Shown: positions 47,743-57,210 of the stretch, piece by piece | How positions within the stretch are numbered: position 1 is the first letter of the stretch | Layout of the letters: each line of letters starts with the position of its first letter | DNA from: an uncultured Candidatus Saccharibacteria bacterium | GTDB lineage: Bacteria; Patescibacteriota; Minisyncoccia; Phycocordibacterales; PALSA-1337 | Assembly: GCA_964495685.1 (NCBI GenBank) | Contig: CAZBVQ010000001.1 | Span: forward strand, 233,521-297,520 | Reading direction: 5' to 3' | Length of the DNA stretch: 64,000 nt | Program-made: the position numbers and the translations under genes | Notes under the pieces: generated by a model | Database searches by the model: none | What the model was told of the DNA's origin: nothing | Seen by the model: only the letters and a program-made list of their open reading frames with translations

Positions 47743-48120
47743 ATGAATGAAGAAGAACTCAAAAAGAAATTAACACCTGAGGAATATCACGTGCTCCGTC
47801 AGAAGGGTACCGAGGCGCCATTTTCAGGGAAATTACTTCACGACGAACGCGATGGTATGTATACCTGCAAAGTATGTGGATCCAAGCTCTTTTCTTCAGA
47901 TGCAAAGTTTGATTCAGGTACGGGGTGGCCATCTTTTGATCAGGCGCTGCCTGGCGCGGTCAAGGAAACAGTTGATACGGAACATGGCATGATTCGTACT
48001 GAGATAACCTGTGCTACATGCGGCTCTCATCTCGGTCATGTCTTCAATGATGGTCCGACTAAAACAGGGATGAGGTATTGTCTCAATTCAGTGTGCCTGG
48101 ATCTGGAGGAGGCAAAATAA
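47743..48120 (+). CDS. msrB: Peptide methionine sulfoxide reductase MsrB
   Basis: CxxC zinc site and [13 protein letters not shown] catalytic motif. Confidence 0.9.
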   Translation: MNEEELKKKLTPEEYHVLRQKGTEAPFSGKLLHDERDGMYTCKVCGSKLFSSDAKFDSGTGWPSFDQALPGAVKETVDTEHGMIRTEITCATCGSHLGHVFNDGPTKTGMRYCLNSVCLDLEEAK

Positions 48121-48137
48121 AACCCCAGTTGTTGAAT

Positions 48138-48156
48138 TTCTAGGCCCGGCCTAGAA
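48138..48156. repeat. REP-like palindrome copy (TTCTAGGCCCGGCCTAGAA)
   Basis: Between convergent msrB and aspS. It ends 1-2 nt before the aspS stop (hand-counted). Confidence 0.8.
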
Positions 48157-48157
48157 A

Positions 48158-49486
48158 TTATTTCGACAAGAGGGTGTCAATCCTGTTGATGTCGCGTGGG
48201 AAGAGGGTGGCTTCTTTGACGTTGTCGATACCGAGCAGCTTGGCAGTGAGTCGCTCCAATCCGAGTCCGAATCCACCATGAGGAGGCAAGCCGTATTTGA
48301 AGGCCTGGAGATAGTATGAGAACTTTTCAGGATCGAGCTTCTTGTCTTTCATCGATGAAATAAGATCATCGTACGAATGGATGCGCTGTGCGCCGGTCGT
48401 GATTTCTACTCCACGGAAAAGGAGGTCGAAGCCCTTGGTGTATGTAGGATCCTTCTCGTCACGATAGGTATAGAAGGGGCGCTTGGCTGTCGGGAAGTTG
48501 GTGATGAAGATGAATTCCGAGTTGAGTTTCTCGGCAGCATGAGTGCACAGCCAGCGTTCGTGCTCTGGTTCGAGGTCGGGCTCATTGGTGCAGTCCTTGC
48601 CAGTCTCCTTGGTGATGAGGGCTTGAGCTTCGCGGAGCGTCATACGTGGTATTTCAGTAGGGACCTTCGGAATCGTAGCTCCGAGCAATTTGAACTCAGC
48701 ACTACATTCATGCTCAAGTGCTTGAGTGAGGTGCTGCAAGAAACCGGTCTCGGCCGCCATGATATCGGTATAGTCTTTGATGAAGCCCATTTCGATATCC
48801 ATAGAAGTGTATTCGTTGAGGTGGCGGGTGGTCGAGTGTTTCTCGGCGCGATAGACGTTGCCGATGGCGTAGACGCGCTCGAAGATGCCGACCATGATCT
48901 GCTTATAGAGCTGAGGACTCTGGGCGAGGTGGGCGACATGTTTGAAATATTCGACGTTGAATGAGTTGGCGCCACCTTCAGCGTCGTCACCGATGAGTTT
49001 GGGTGCTTGGAACTCGGTGAATCCCTGGCTCTCGAAATAGGTACGGAATGCCTTGGTGATGACTGCTTGTATCTTGAAAATGGCACGATGTTTGGTGGTA
49101 CGAAGTGTGAGAGGGAGGTTGTCCAGGTGTGTGTCTATGTTGATGTCGGCATTGAGCTCAAACGGCAACTCCTTGGCACTCGCGAGTACCTCAATACCGA
49201 AGACTTCGAATTCGATAGTACCATTGGCTTCGTTGGCATTGACCATCTTGTCAGGACGCTTGTTGACCTTGCCAGTCATGGTGACCACCCACTCACTGCG
49301 GAGCTGTTTGGCGACTTCTTGTGCTTCTGTGTGGTTGGGGAGGATGACGGTCTGGACCTTGCCACTGACGTCACGGAGGTCGATGAAAATAAGTTTGCCG
49401 TGGTCGCGACGGATATCGACCCAGCCAGAGATAGAGACTTCTGCGCCAATATGGTTGGTAAGCTCGCGGATGAAGGTGCGTTTCAT
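48158..49486 (-). CDS. aspS: Aspartyl-tRNA synthetase (archaeal/eukaryotic-type, short form)
   Basis: N-terminal OB fold (FIDLRDVSGKVQ) and class II motifs including GGFGLGLERL. Start trimmed to MKRTFIRELT. Confidence 0.9.
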   Translation of the reverse strand: MKRTFIRELTNHIGAEVSISGWVDIRRDHGKLIFIDLRDVSGKVQTVILPNHTEAQEVAKQLRSEWVVTMTGKVNKRPDKMVNANEANGTIEFEVFGIEVLASAKELPFELNADINIDTHLDNLPLTLRTTKHRAIFKIQAVITKAFRTYFESQGFTEFQAPKLIGDDAEGGANSFNVEYFKHVAHLAQSPQLYKQIMVGIFERVYAIGNVYRAEKHSTTRHLNEYTSMDIEMGFIKDYTDIMAAETGFLQHLTQALEHECSAEFKLLGATIPKVPTEIPRMTLREAQALITKETGKDCTNEPDLEPEHERWLCTHAAEKLNSEFIFITNFPTAKRPFYTYRDEKDPTYTKGFDLLFRGVEITTGAQRIHSYDDLISSMKDKKLDPEKFSYYLQAFKYGLPPHGGFGLGLERLTAKLLGIDNVKEATLFPRDINRIDTLLSK

Positions 49487-49553
49487 AGTGAGTAGACTAT
49501 ACCATATTTGCGTTATTTCGCTATCAATATAGAGACGTGTGGCATGATATAGT

Positions 49554-50279
49554 GTGCCCATGAATATGTCGGCAACTTCAGTTATCGCTATGTTGAAACA
49601 GTCCGCCAATGCTGAGAAAGCGTCGCTGCTGTCTCGATTTTTCAAGACAGGGCCTGGTCAGTACGGAGAAGGCGATGTGTTTCTTGGTGTAATGGTTCCT
49701 GAACAGCGCACAATTGCACGTGAATGTGTAGACATGTCACTCGATGAGGTTGATGAACTGTTGCAAAACAAATATCACGAAGTGCGCCTTACCGCTCTAC
49801 TTATTTTGGTCTACAAGGTCAAGCGTGCTGATGAGAAGACTCGACGCGAGATATTTAATTTTTATCTATCCCATACTGGGTACATCAATAATTGGGATCT
49901 GGTCGACGTCACGGTCAAAGATATTATCGGTGCCTATGTGTTCGATTTCGAGAAAAATAGAAATGTATTATATCGGTTGGTACGATCGCGCAACATGTGG
50001 GAGCGTCGTATCGCTATAGTTGCTACGTCATACTTCATTGGCAAGAATGATTTCGGGGACACCATAGCTCTCGCGGAAATACTTCTTGAGGATGAACACG
50101 ATCTCATTCACAAGGCGACAGGTTGGATGCTCCGCGAAGTGGGGAAGCGAGATGAGCGGGCGCTGTGTGCATTTCTGGAACGACATGCACAGCACATGCC
50201 GAGGACTATGTTACGTTACGCACTCGAGAAGTTTCCCGAGAAGGTCCGTCAACGATATATGAAGATGCCTCGGGTATGA
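49554..50279 (+). CDS. DNA alkylation repair protein (AlkD/AlkC-like HEAT-repeat glycosylase family)
   Basis: Characteristic ...RFFKTGPGQYGEGDVFLGV... WDLVD ... GWMLRE. Confidence 0.75.
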   Translation: MPMNMSATSVIAMLKQSANAEKASLLSRFFKTGPGQYGEGDVFLGVMVPEQRTIARECVDMSLDEVDELLQNKYHEVRLTALLILVYKVKRADEKTRREIFNFYLSHTGYINNWDLVDVTVKDIIGAYVFDFEKNRNVLYRLVRSRNMWERRIAIVATSYFIGKNDFGDTIALAEILLEDEHDLIHKATGWMLREVGKRDERALCAFLERHAQHMPRTMLRYALEKFPEKVRQRYMKMPRV

Positions 50280-50292
50280 TATAGTTTCACCT

Positions 50293-51309
50293 ATGAATAA
50301 CGATATTTCACCAATTGTTCGAGAGAAGGCGCCACTCATTCTTGCCGAGATCAAGAAGGCCACGAATATATTGCTGCACTGTCACCCATCACCTGATCCA
50401 GACAGTGTTGGCTCTGCGTTGGCTATGAAATTTGCATTGGAGCAGATGGGCAAGAAAGCCACGGTTATAAAAGGCGACTCGGATATTCCACAAGCTTTCA
50501 TGCATTTTCCTGGGGCTACTGAGATTATGATGAAAGGTTTCGGCGATATCAATCTACATGAATATGATTTATTTATATCACTAGATTCTGGATCTATAGA
50601 CCGTATATCTCGCCAGCCGATCGTCTTTCCGGACACTATGAAGGTGATTAATATTGATCATCATAATACCAATTCTAATTTCGGTAGTATCAACTTGGTG
50701 GAAGTCACTTACCCAGCAACCTGTGCCATTTTGTCTGATTTGTTTATTGCATGGTCAATAAAAATGGATAGTAATATTGCGTCAAATATTTTTATCGGTA
50801 TTTATACTGACACAGGAGCATTCAAATACCGGGGAGTAACCAAACGGATTTTTGAAATGGCTGCCAGCCTCTCTTCTTTCATCCCTGATATTCCAGAATT
50901 GGTGACCCGAATGGAGAATTCGAACACACCTGCATTTATGAGGTTTGAGGGTGCGGCTCTCGATGCGATAGAGACTTCTTCAAGTGGCAGGTATGCAATT
51001 TCATCGATTACGTATAAGACTCTTGTCGAAAAGAAGATTCCCATAAACGAGATACGGGGGAGTGAGCTTTCCTCGTTTATGCTTAGTGTTATTGATTGGG
51101 ACATTGTGGCTTCTGCGGTTGAGTTTGAACCTGGTAAAGTCAAACTTAGTTTCCGGTCACGTGACTTTTCGAAATTTGATATATCTAAATTAGCAGTCAT
51201 GCTGGGCGGGGGTGGACATAAAATGGCGGCCGGAGCGATCGTTTCAGGATCAATTGCTGAGGTGAAAAAAATAGTTGCCGAAAAAGTTAAAGAACTCTAT
51301 AATCTCTAA
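50293..51309 (+). CDS. DHH-family phosphoesterase (NrnA-like)
   Basis: DHH motifs (HCHPSPDPDSVGSA, DHHNTN) and DHHA1 (GGGHKMAAGA). Confidence 0.85.
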   Translation: MNNDISPIVREKAPLILAEIKKATNILLHCHPSPDPDSVGSALAMKFALEQMGKKATVIKGDSDIPQAFMHFPGATEIMMKGFGDINLHEYDLFISLDSGSIDRISRQPIVFPDTMKVINIDHHNTNSNFGSINLVEVTYPATCAILSDLFIAWSIKMDSNIASNIFIGIYTDTGAFKYRGVTKRIFEMAASLSSFIPDIPELVTRMENSNTPAFMRFEGAALDAIETSSSGRYAISSITYKTLVEKKIPINEIRGSELSSFMLSVIDWDIVASAVEFEPGKVKLSFRSRDFSKFDISKLAVMLGGGGHKMAAGAIVSGSIAEVKKIVAEKVKELYNL

Positions 51310-51338
51310 ATTATTTATTCGATAATCACGCTCATCGT

Positions 51339-52040
51339 ATGCAACCAGAAGAACCGAAGAAATCTTTTCCGTGGATCATTGTTATCATTATTGTCATTGT
51401 TATCTTAGTGCTCGCACAGTGGCTGACGACGCGCTCTTCGGATAAAGAGACAGTCGAACAATACAGCGACAAGGCGACAGACGTCTCGGTCACTGTTCCA
51501 CCGACTACGACGACTGAGCCAGCAACAGCTTCGACTACTACCACTAATACACCTACAAAAAATTTCATGCACACTATCACGCTTGAGACCAACAAGGGCA
51601 CGATCGTATTCGAGACATATGACGCCGATGCACCAAAGACTGTCGAGAACTTTATCACTTTAGCTACCAAAGGTTTCTATAACAATCTGATCTTCCATCG
51701 TGTTATCAAGGGATTCATGATCCAGGGAGGTGATCCGACAGGTACTGGTATGGGTGGTCCAGGATACAAGTTTGCAGACGAGCTCAATCCAGCCACGCCA
51801 TCATACAAAGCAGGATACGTTCGCGGTACTGTGGCTATGGCGAATTCGGGTCCAAATACCAACGGGAGCCAATTCTTCATCATGCATCAGGATTATCCGC
51901 TCCCCAACAACTACACGATCTTCGGTCGCGTCATCAAGGGTATCGAGGTTGTCGATGCGATTGCCAACTCGGCGACAGGTCAAGGTGATCGTCCAGTCAC
52001 TGACATGGTCATCAAGAAGGCGACAGTTGCAACAAAATAA
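51339..52040 (+). CDS. Cyclophilin-type peptidyl-prolyl cis-trans isomerase, membrane-anchored
   Basis: N-terminal TM plus a Thr-rich linker. FHRVIKGFMIQGGDP and a GPNTNGSQFFI core. Confidence 0.9.
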   Translation: MQPEEPKKSFPWIIVIIIVIVILVLAQWLTTRSSDKETVEQYSDKATDVSVTVPPTTTTEPATASTTTTNTPTKNFMHTITLETNKGTIVFETYDADAPKTVENFITLATKGFYNNLIFHRVIKGFMIQGGDPTGTGMGGPGYKFADELNPATPSYKAGYVRGTVAMANSGPNTNGSQFFIMHQDYPLPNNYTIFGRVIKGIEVVDAIANSATGQGDRPVTDMVIKKATVATK

Positions 52041-52076
52041 TTTCCTCGTTCGTTCATTCGTGAGTATGATTAGGTC

Positions 52077-52328
52077 ATGACTCTATTCAAAGAAAAAGTA
52101 TTTTCAATTGTGCGGACGATCCCAAAAGGGGAGGTGTTGACCTACAAACAAGTTGCATGCGAAGCGGGGCGACCTCGTGCATTCCGTGCAGTGGGGAACA
52201 TATTGAATACAAATTATGACCCGAAGATTCCCTGCCATCGTGTCATTCGCAGTGACGGGAAGACTGGCGGATACAATCGCGGAGCAGAGAAAAAAGCTCG
52301 ATTGCTAAAAAGGGAGAAAGCGCGGTAG
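52077..52328 (+). CDS. MGMT-family DNA-binding protein (methylated-DNA-protein-cysteine methyltransferase C-terminal domain only)
   Basis: IPCHRVI active-site motif. Only 83 aa. Confidence 0.75.
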   Translation: MTLFKEKVFSIVRTIPKGEVLTYKQVACEAGRPRAFRAVGNILNTNYDPKIPCHRVIRSDGKTGGYNRGAEKKARLLKREKAR

Positions 52329-52338
52329 ACTTCACTAT

Positions 52339-53103
52339 ATGTCTGACTTCTACACAGCAAAGCGTACACGCAACCTCTTCGATCCCTCGAGCACCGAACC
52401 ATTCAAGGTCAGTCGTTCCAAAATCGATCTTTTCCTCAATTGTCCGTTGTGCTTCTATCTCGACTGTCGACTTGGTGTCGGTCGTCCACCTGGATTTCCA
52501 TTCAACCTCAACACCGCTGTCGATACCTTGCTCAAGAAAGAGTTCGATACGCATCGTGCCAAGAAGCGTGCACATCCACTTATGCATTCGTATGGACTCA
52601 AGGATGTCATACCATTCCAGCACGAAGACCTCGATGTGTGGCGAAGCAACTTCAAAGGCATCAGGCACGTTCATGGGCCGAGCAATCTACTGGTCACCGG
52701 TGCAGTCGATGATGTGTGGGTCAATGACTCAGGTGAAGTGATTATTGTCGACTACAAGTCGACGAGCAAAGAAGAGAAAGTAACCCTCGACAAGGAATGG
52801 CAGATCGGCTATAAGCGCCAGATGGAAGTCTATCAGTGGTTGTTCCGTCGCAATGGGTTCAGCGTCTCGAGTACCGGCTATTTCGTCTACTGTAATGGCA
52901 AGACGGATCGCGTCGCATTCGATGCAAAATTGGAGTTCGACATAGACCTTATTCCATATACAGGCGATGATTCTTGGATTGAGAAGGCGCTCAAGGACAT
53001 CCGTGTCTGTCTCGATCAGAATACCGTCCCTACTCCTGCTGCGTCATGTGATTATTGCTCATACCGCAAGGCGGCGCGAGATGTCCAAACGAAGAAGAAA
53101 TAG
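52339..53103 (+). CDS. PD-(D/E)xK nuclease family protein, Cas4/RecB-like with four-Cys cluster
   Basis: N-terminal CPLCFYL and C-terminal CDYCSY cysteines. Central VDYKS...K nuclease core. No CRISPR array or other cas genes nearby. Confidence 0.6.
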   Translation: MSDFYTAKRTRNLFDPSSTEPFKVSRSKIDLFLNCPLCFYLDCRLGVGRPPGFPFNLNTAVDTLLKKEFDTHRAKKRAHPLMHSYGLKDVIPFQHEDLDVWRSNFKGIRHVHGPSNLLVTGAVDDVWVNDSGEVIIVDYKSTSKEEKVTLDKEWQIGYKRQMEVYQWLFRRNGFSVSSTGYFVYCNGKTDRVAFDAKLEFDIDLIPYTGDDSWIEKALKDIRVCLDQNTVPTPAASCDYCSYRKAARDVQTKKK

Positions 53104-53130
53104 AGCCGTTATATGACTACGCACGCAACA

Positions 53131-53157
53131 AAAAACTCCACAACAGGGAGTTTTTTG
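53131..53157. terminator. Bidirectional rho-independent terminator
   Basis: AAAAAACTCCacaacagGGAGTTTTTTG. Confidence 0.55.
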
Positions 53158-53189
53158 TATATCTATATAGTGTATAGATAGGATGGCGT

Positions 53190-53597
53190 TTACCACGCAC
53201 CGATGATGGCTCCACCGATAACCATAGTGAGGAGTCCGCAGACAGCGTTGATGAGGACGAGCTTGGCTGGGCGACGATCCCACATGTAGTTACCTACATA
53301 AAGCGGTACACTGAAACCGAGCCATGCGATGATACCTACGAATGCACCGTCACTCGTGCCCTGGATGCCTGCCACATTCATGGCGAAACCAAGTACACAG
53401 AATGATATCAGTGTCATGATGAGCTGTATGATGTAGTATTTCGTTACACCCTTACTCTTTGCCTCGGCTATGTCCTTCTCGTCGCAACCAGCGAGAGCCA
53501 TCCATTCTTTGCCGAAGAGGATAGGTGAGTACCACACTGCGCTTATCACGAATGCCACGACTGCGGCCACGAGCACTGACCAGAAATTGATTTCCAT
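53190..53597 (-). CDS. DUF1761-like small membrane protein
   Basis: Start trimmed to MEINFWSVLVAAVVAF. Four hydrophobic helices. Confidence 0.5.
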   Translation of the reverse strand: MEINFWSVLVAAVVAFVISAVWYSPILFGKEWMALAGCDEKDIAEAKSKGVTKYYIIQLIMTLISFCVLGFAMNVAGIQGTSDGAFVGIIAWLGFSVPLYVGNYMWDRRPAKLVLINAVCGLLTMVIGGAIIGAW

Positions 53598-53638
53598 AAA
53601 AGTCGTATGATTATGCTTGTATGTTAGAATGCTAGCAC

Positions 53639-54325
53639 ATGAAAGCGGTACGGACAATTTTTTTCATAGGCGTGGGTTGTGTAGCATTCGGTGTGCTTGT
53701 ATATTTGGGACATGCGGGTATTTCAATGCACGCAGTACCATCACTCAGTGAATATGTCGCATCGAACACCCGTCCCGATGATCAGTCGGCATCATCGACG
53801 GCATCGGCGTGGATGGCGTCATCGACCATTGTGCGGATGTTACTTTCGACTACGGCTACGAGTACTCCTTCTGCATTCACTGCTACTTCGTCGGGTCAGA
53901 CTATTCCTTCTGCCATAGGTGTTCCTCGTGTACCCAAGATTGCTAGCACACTTTCGGTACGTTCGACATTACCTGAAGGATATATCAAGGCGCCCAAAGG
54001 TAAGATTCGTCTGCTTATTGCCAAGACGCCGAACACTCGTGAGCGTGGCCTCGGTGGATATGCCTCACTCGATACTGATCAAGGCATGCTGTTTATATTT
54101 CCGCGCCCTACCTCGGTTAATTTTTGGATGGAGGACATGAAATTTTCTCTTGACTTCGTGTGGATGAGTAGTGATCACACAATCGTAGGGATTACCAGTA
54201 ATATATCCCCCGATACATATCCCGCATCATTTCCTTCGCCAGGCAAAGTCCAATTTGTCCTCGAGCTCAATGCCGGTGCCGCTACACAATTTGGTCTCAA
54301 AGTCGGTGACCGACTGGCGTTTTAG
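53639..54325 (+). CDS. DUF192 (COG1430) domain protein with N-terminal TM and Ser/Thr-rich linker
   Basis: C-terminal DUF192 motifs (GLGGYASLDTDQGMLFIF..., LDFVWM, VLELNAG). Confidence 0.75.
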   Translation: MKAVRTIFFIGVGCVAFGVLVYLGHAGISMHAVPSLSEYVASNTRPDDQSASSTASAWMASSTIVRMLLSTTATSTPSAFTATSSGQTIPSAIGVPRVPKIASTLSVRSTLPEGYIKAPKGKIRLLIAKTPNTRERGLGGYASLDTDQGMLFIFPRPTSVNFWMEDMKFSLDFVWMSSDHTIVGITSNISPDTYPASFPSPGKVQFVLELNAGAATQFGLKVGDRLAF

Positions 54326-54370
54326 TTCTTCACCATCTACCTCAGTATCTTATGTGGCAACGGGCGACGT

Positions 54371-54465
54371 ATCCCGCCCATCATAATTCCTCCCCTCCAA
54401 GCCTCAAAGCGCTGTCGCTGGCTACATTTTCGGCTTGTCAGGGAGGAATTATGACGGGCGGGGAT
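54371..54465 (+). other. Long imperfect inverted repeat (24/25-bp arms, about 46-nt spacer) in the nrdJ upstream region
   Basis: ATCCCGCCCATCATAATTCCTCCC ... GGGAGGAATTATGACGGGCGGGGAT. Followed by an AT-rich segment of about 200 bp at 54541-54740 and a TACAAT -10-like box near 54732. Confidence 0.6.
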
Positions 54466-54842
54466 ATGCCTTGAAGATCCGTGGGCGAATCAGGTGGAGC
54501 CGTCCACGTATGTGGATAACTTGCATGTGTGTAGACATTTTCCAGTAAAGAATGCAAAACTTTTTTGTGCGCCAAAATATTTTTTTAAAAATAATCTCCA
54601 TAAAAGCACTCATTTTAGTCATTTTCTGAAATCGATCTTTTACAGATCATCTTTTTTATTTTTCAGTTTATGTGCATCGATTTATGTATCCAAAAAATAT
54701 TTTTTCTCTTCCCTGTGAACGTCGATAGCGGTACAATGGATACAAATATTACTTTCTTGATCGGACTCTGTGACGAGTTGCGATAAAGAACACCAGCACA
54801 TCGGTCCGATTATTAAAAACATTTAGATTTGTTCACACACGT

Positions 54843-57170
54843 ATGCCGAAAAACAAAAAGGCCGCCACCAAAGTGGTAGGCAAAGCAGTTTCTGTCCCTA
54901 CAATTATTAAACGAGATGGTCGTATTGTGCCGTTCGATCTTACCAAGATCGCCAATGCGGTCTGGAAGGGCATGAATACTGTCAAAGAAGGTTCCACAGC
55001 TGATGCGCAGCTTATTGCTCAGCAGGTGTTCGCTGAGCTGCTACGCATCAAGCGCAAGTTTTCGAATTTCATCCCGACAGTTGAGGGTGTCCAAGACATT
55101 GTCGAGGCAGAATTGATGCGCTCTGATTACGTCAAGACCGCCAAGCATTACGTGCTGTATCGTGAGGAGCATGCCAAGAAGCGTGCACAGGGTATCGAGG
55201 TGCCCCCGCATGTCCGCAAGCTCGCCGCTGAGTCCAAGAAATATTTCCGCAACGCCCTCGGCGAGTTCGTGTACTATCGTACCTACTCGCGTTGGATGGA
55301 CAAGGAGGGTCGTCGTGAATCATGGATCGAGACAGTTGAGCGTTACATGAGTTTCATGCGCGAGAATCTCGGAGGCAAACTCAAAGATGCTGAATACAAG
55401 GAAGTTCGTGAAGCCATACTCAGTCAGGCAGCTATACCCTCGATGCGTCTTATTCAGTTTTCTGGAGAAGCTGCACGCAAAACCAATGTGTGTGCCTACA
55501 ACTGTTCATATATTGCACCCGAATCATTCCAAGATCTTTCTGAGATTATGTATATCTCGATGTGTGGTACGGGCGTGGGCTTCTCAGCTGAGAGCGCCAA
55601 CGTGCAGAAGTTTCCGCAACTCATGATTCAGACCGGCGAAAGTGTCGGTGTGCATGTGGTTGCAGATTCCAAGGAAGGTTGGTGCAATGCGTTCGTGCTC
55701 GGTGCGACTACCTGGGCTGCAGGCAAGGATATCACCTTCGATTTCTCACAAGTCCGTCCTCTCGGTGCACGTCTCAAGGTCATGGGTGGCAAAGCATCTG
55801 GTCCGGAGCCACTGCGTCGTCTCCTCGAATTCACTCGCAATACTATTTTTGCCCGCCAAGGCAAGCGCCTGCGCAATATCGATGTGCACGACATCGCGTG
55901 TATGATCGGTGAATGTATCGTCGCGGGAGGTGTTCGTCGTAGTGCTCTCATTTCACTCTCTGACCTCGATGATGTCGAGATTCGCGATGCCAAGAAAGGA
56001 GCATTCTACAACACTCACCCCCATCGTATGCTGGCCAACAACTCGGCCGTATATGTGAACAAGCCGACCACAGAGGAGTTCCTCAAGGAGTGGATGGCTC
56101 TCATCGAGAGCCGTTCGGGTGAACGTGGTATTTTCAATCGCGGCTCATTGGCCACCATGTTGCCAGAGCGCCGTATCAAAGTTTTGAGGCAGTACAAAGG
56201 CTACTTCGATGCCTCGGGTCAGCATGTCGTCGGTCCGATCGGTGTCAACCCGTGCGGCGAGATCATTCTCCAGTCCAAGCAGTTTTGTAATTTGTCAGAG
56301 GTTGTTGCTCGTGCCGAAGATACTGAGAAGACACTCATGAAGAAGATTCGCGTAGCTGCTATCCTCGGTACCTACCAGTCGATGCTCACCAATTTCCCGT
56401 ATCTTTCCAAGGAATGGAAAGAACATTGTGAGAAGGAGCGTCTACTCGGTGTGTCCATCACTGGTCAGTGGGATTGTCCGGTGGTCAGGAAGCCAGAAGT
56501 CATGAGGAAATTGCGTGACGAGGCCGTCAGGGTCAACAAGGAGTTCGCCAAGCGTTTCGGTATCAACGAATCAACCGCAGTGACCTGTGTCAAACCCTCA
56601 GGCAATGGATCGCAGACATTTGATTGTTCATCAGGCATGCACCCACGTCACGCCAAGTACTATATCCGCCGTGCCCGCATCGCTTCTACCGATGCACTCT
56701 TCCAGATGCTCAAAGATCAGGGTGTACCGTATTATCCAGAAGTCGGTCAGACCATGGAGAATGCTACGACCTTCGTACTCGAATTCCCGGTCAAAGCTCC
56801 GACTGGCACCACGGTTTTCAAGAACGATCTCAGTGCCATTGAACAGCTCGAATATTGGAAAATGGTCAAGCTCAATTTCACTGAGCACAATCCTTCAGTG
56901 ACAGTTTCGATCGGCAATGATGAGTGGCTCGAAGTCGGCAACTGGGTCTACAAGAATTGGGATATCGTTGGTGGCCTTTCATTCTTGCCACGTGAGGACC
57001 ATGTCTACAAACTTGCTCCGTATGAAGAGATTGATGAGAAGCGCTACAAAGAATTATCCAAGAGACTCGAGCATGTTGATTACTCCAAGATTCTTACCTA
57101 TGAGAAGCAGAATGAGACAGATCTCAAGAAGGAGTTGGCGTGTGTGAGTGGCGTGTGTGAGATTGTGTAG
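54843..57170 (+). CDS. nrdJ: Class II (adenosylcobalamin-dependent) ribonucleotide reductase with N-terminal ATP-cone
   Basis: ATP-cone (KRDGRIVPFDLTKIANAV). NPCGEI active-site cysteine loop. C-terminal CVSGVCEIV. A single polypeptide of 775 aa. Confidence 0.85.
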   Translation: MPKNKKAATKVVGKAVSVPTIIKRDGRIVPFDLTKIANAVWKGMNTVKEGSTADAQLIAQQVFAELLRIKRKFSNFIPTVEGVQDIVEAELMRSDYVKTAKHYVLYREEHAKKRAQGIEVPPHVRKLAAESKKYFRNALGEFVYYRTYSRWMDKEGRRESWIETVERYMSFMRENLGGKLKDAEYKEVREAILSQAAIPSMRLIQFSGEAARKTNVCAYNCSYIAPESFQDLSEIMYISMCGTGVGFSAESANVQKFPQLMIQTGESVGVHVVADSKEGWCNAFVLGATTWAAGKDITFDFSQVRPLGARLKVMGGKASGPEPLRRLLEFTRNTIFARQGKRLRNIDVHDIACMIGECIVAGGVRRSALISLSDLDDVEIRDAKKGAFYNTHPHRMLANNSAVYVNKPTTEEFLKEWMALIESRSGERGIFNRGSLATMLPERRIKVLRQYKGYFDASGQHVVGPIGVNPCGEIILQSKQFCNLSEVVARAEDTEKTLMKKIRVAAILGTYQSMLTNFPYLSKEWKEHCEKERLLGVSITGQWDCPVVRKPEVMRKLRDEAVRVNKEFAKRFGINESTAVTCVKPSGNGSQTFDCSSGMHPRHAKYYIRRARIASTDALFQMLKDQGVPYYPEVGQTMENATTFVLEFPVKAPTGTTVFKNDLSAIEQLEYWKMVKLNFTEHNPSVTVSIGNDEWLEVGNWVYKNWDIVGGLSFLPREDHVYKLAPYEEIDEKRYKELSKRLEHVDYSKILTYEKQNETDLKKELACVSGVCEIV

Positions 57171-57210
57171 GGCAGTTGTCGTTTTGGATAAAACGTGGTA
57201 TACTAATATG

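Noticed and set aside
19674-48156. CRISPR array formed by the recurring GGCC(C/G)GGCC palindromes
   Set aside because: The copies are tens of kb apart, not regularly spaced, and are themselves palindromic. They are REP-like elements and not CRISPR repeats.
54720-54842. NrdR box or cobalamin riboswitch upstream of nrdJ
   Set aside because: I searched for the 16-bp NrdR palindrome and for B12-box-like sequence. Only weak partial matches were found (for example ATACAAATATTACT), which is not convincing.
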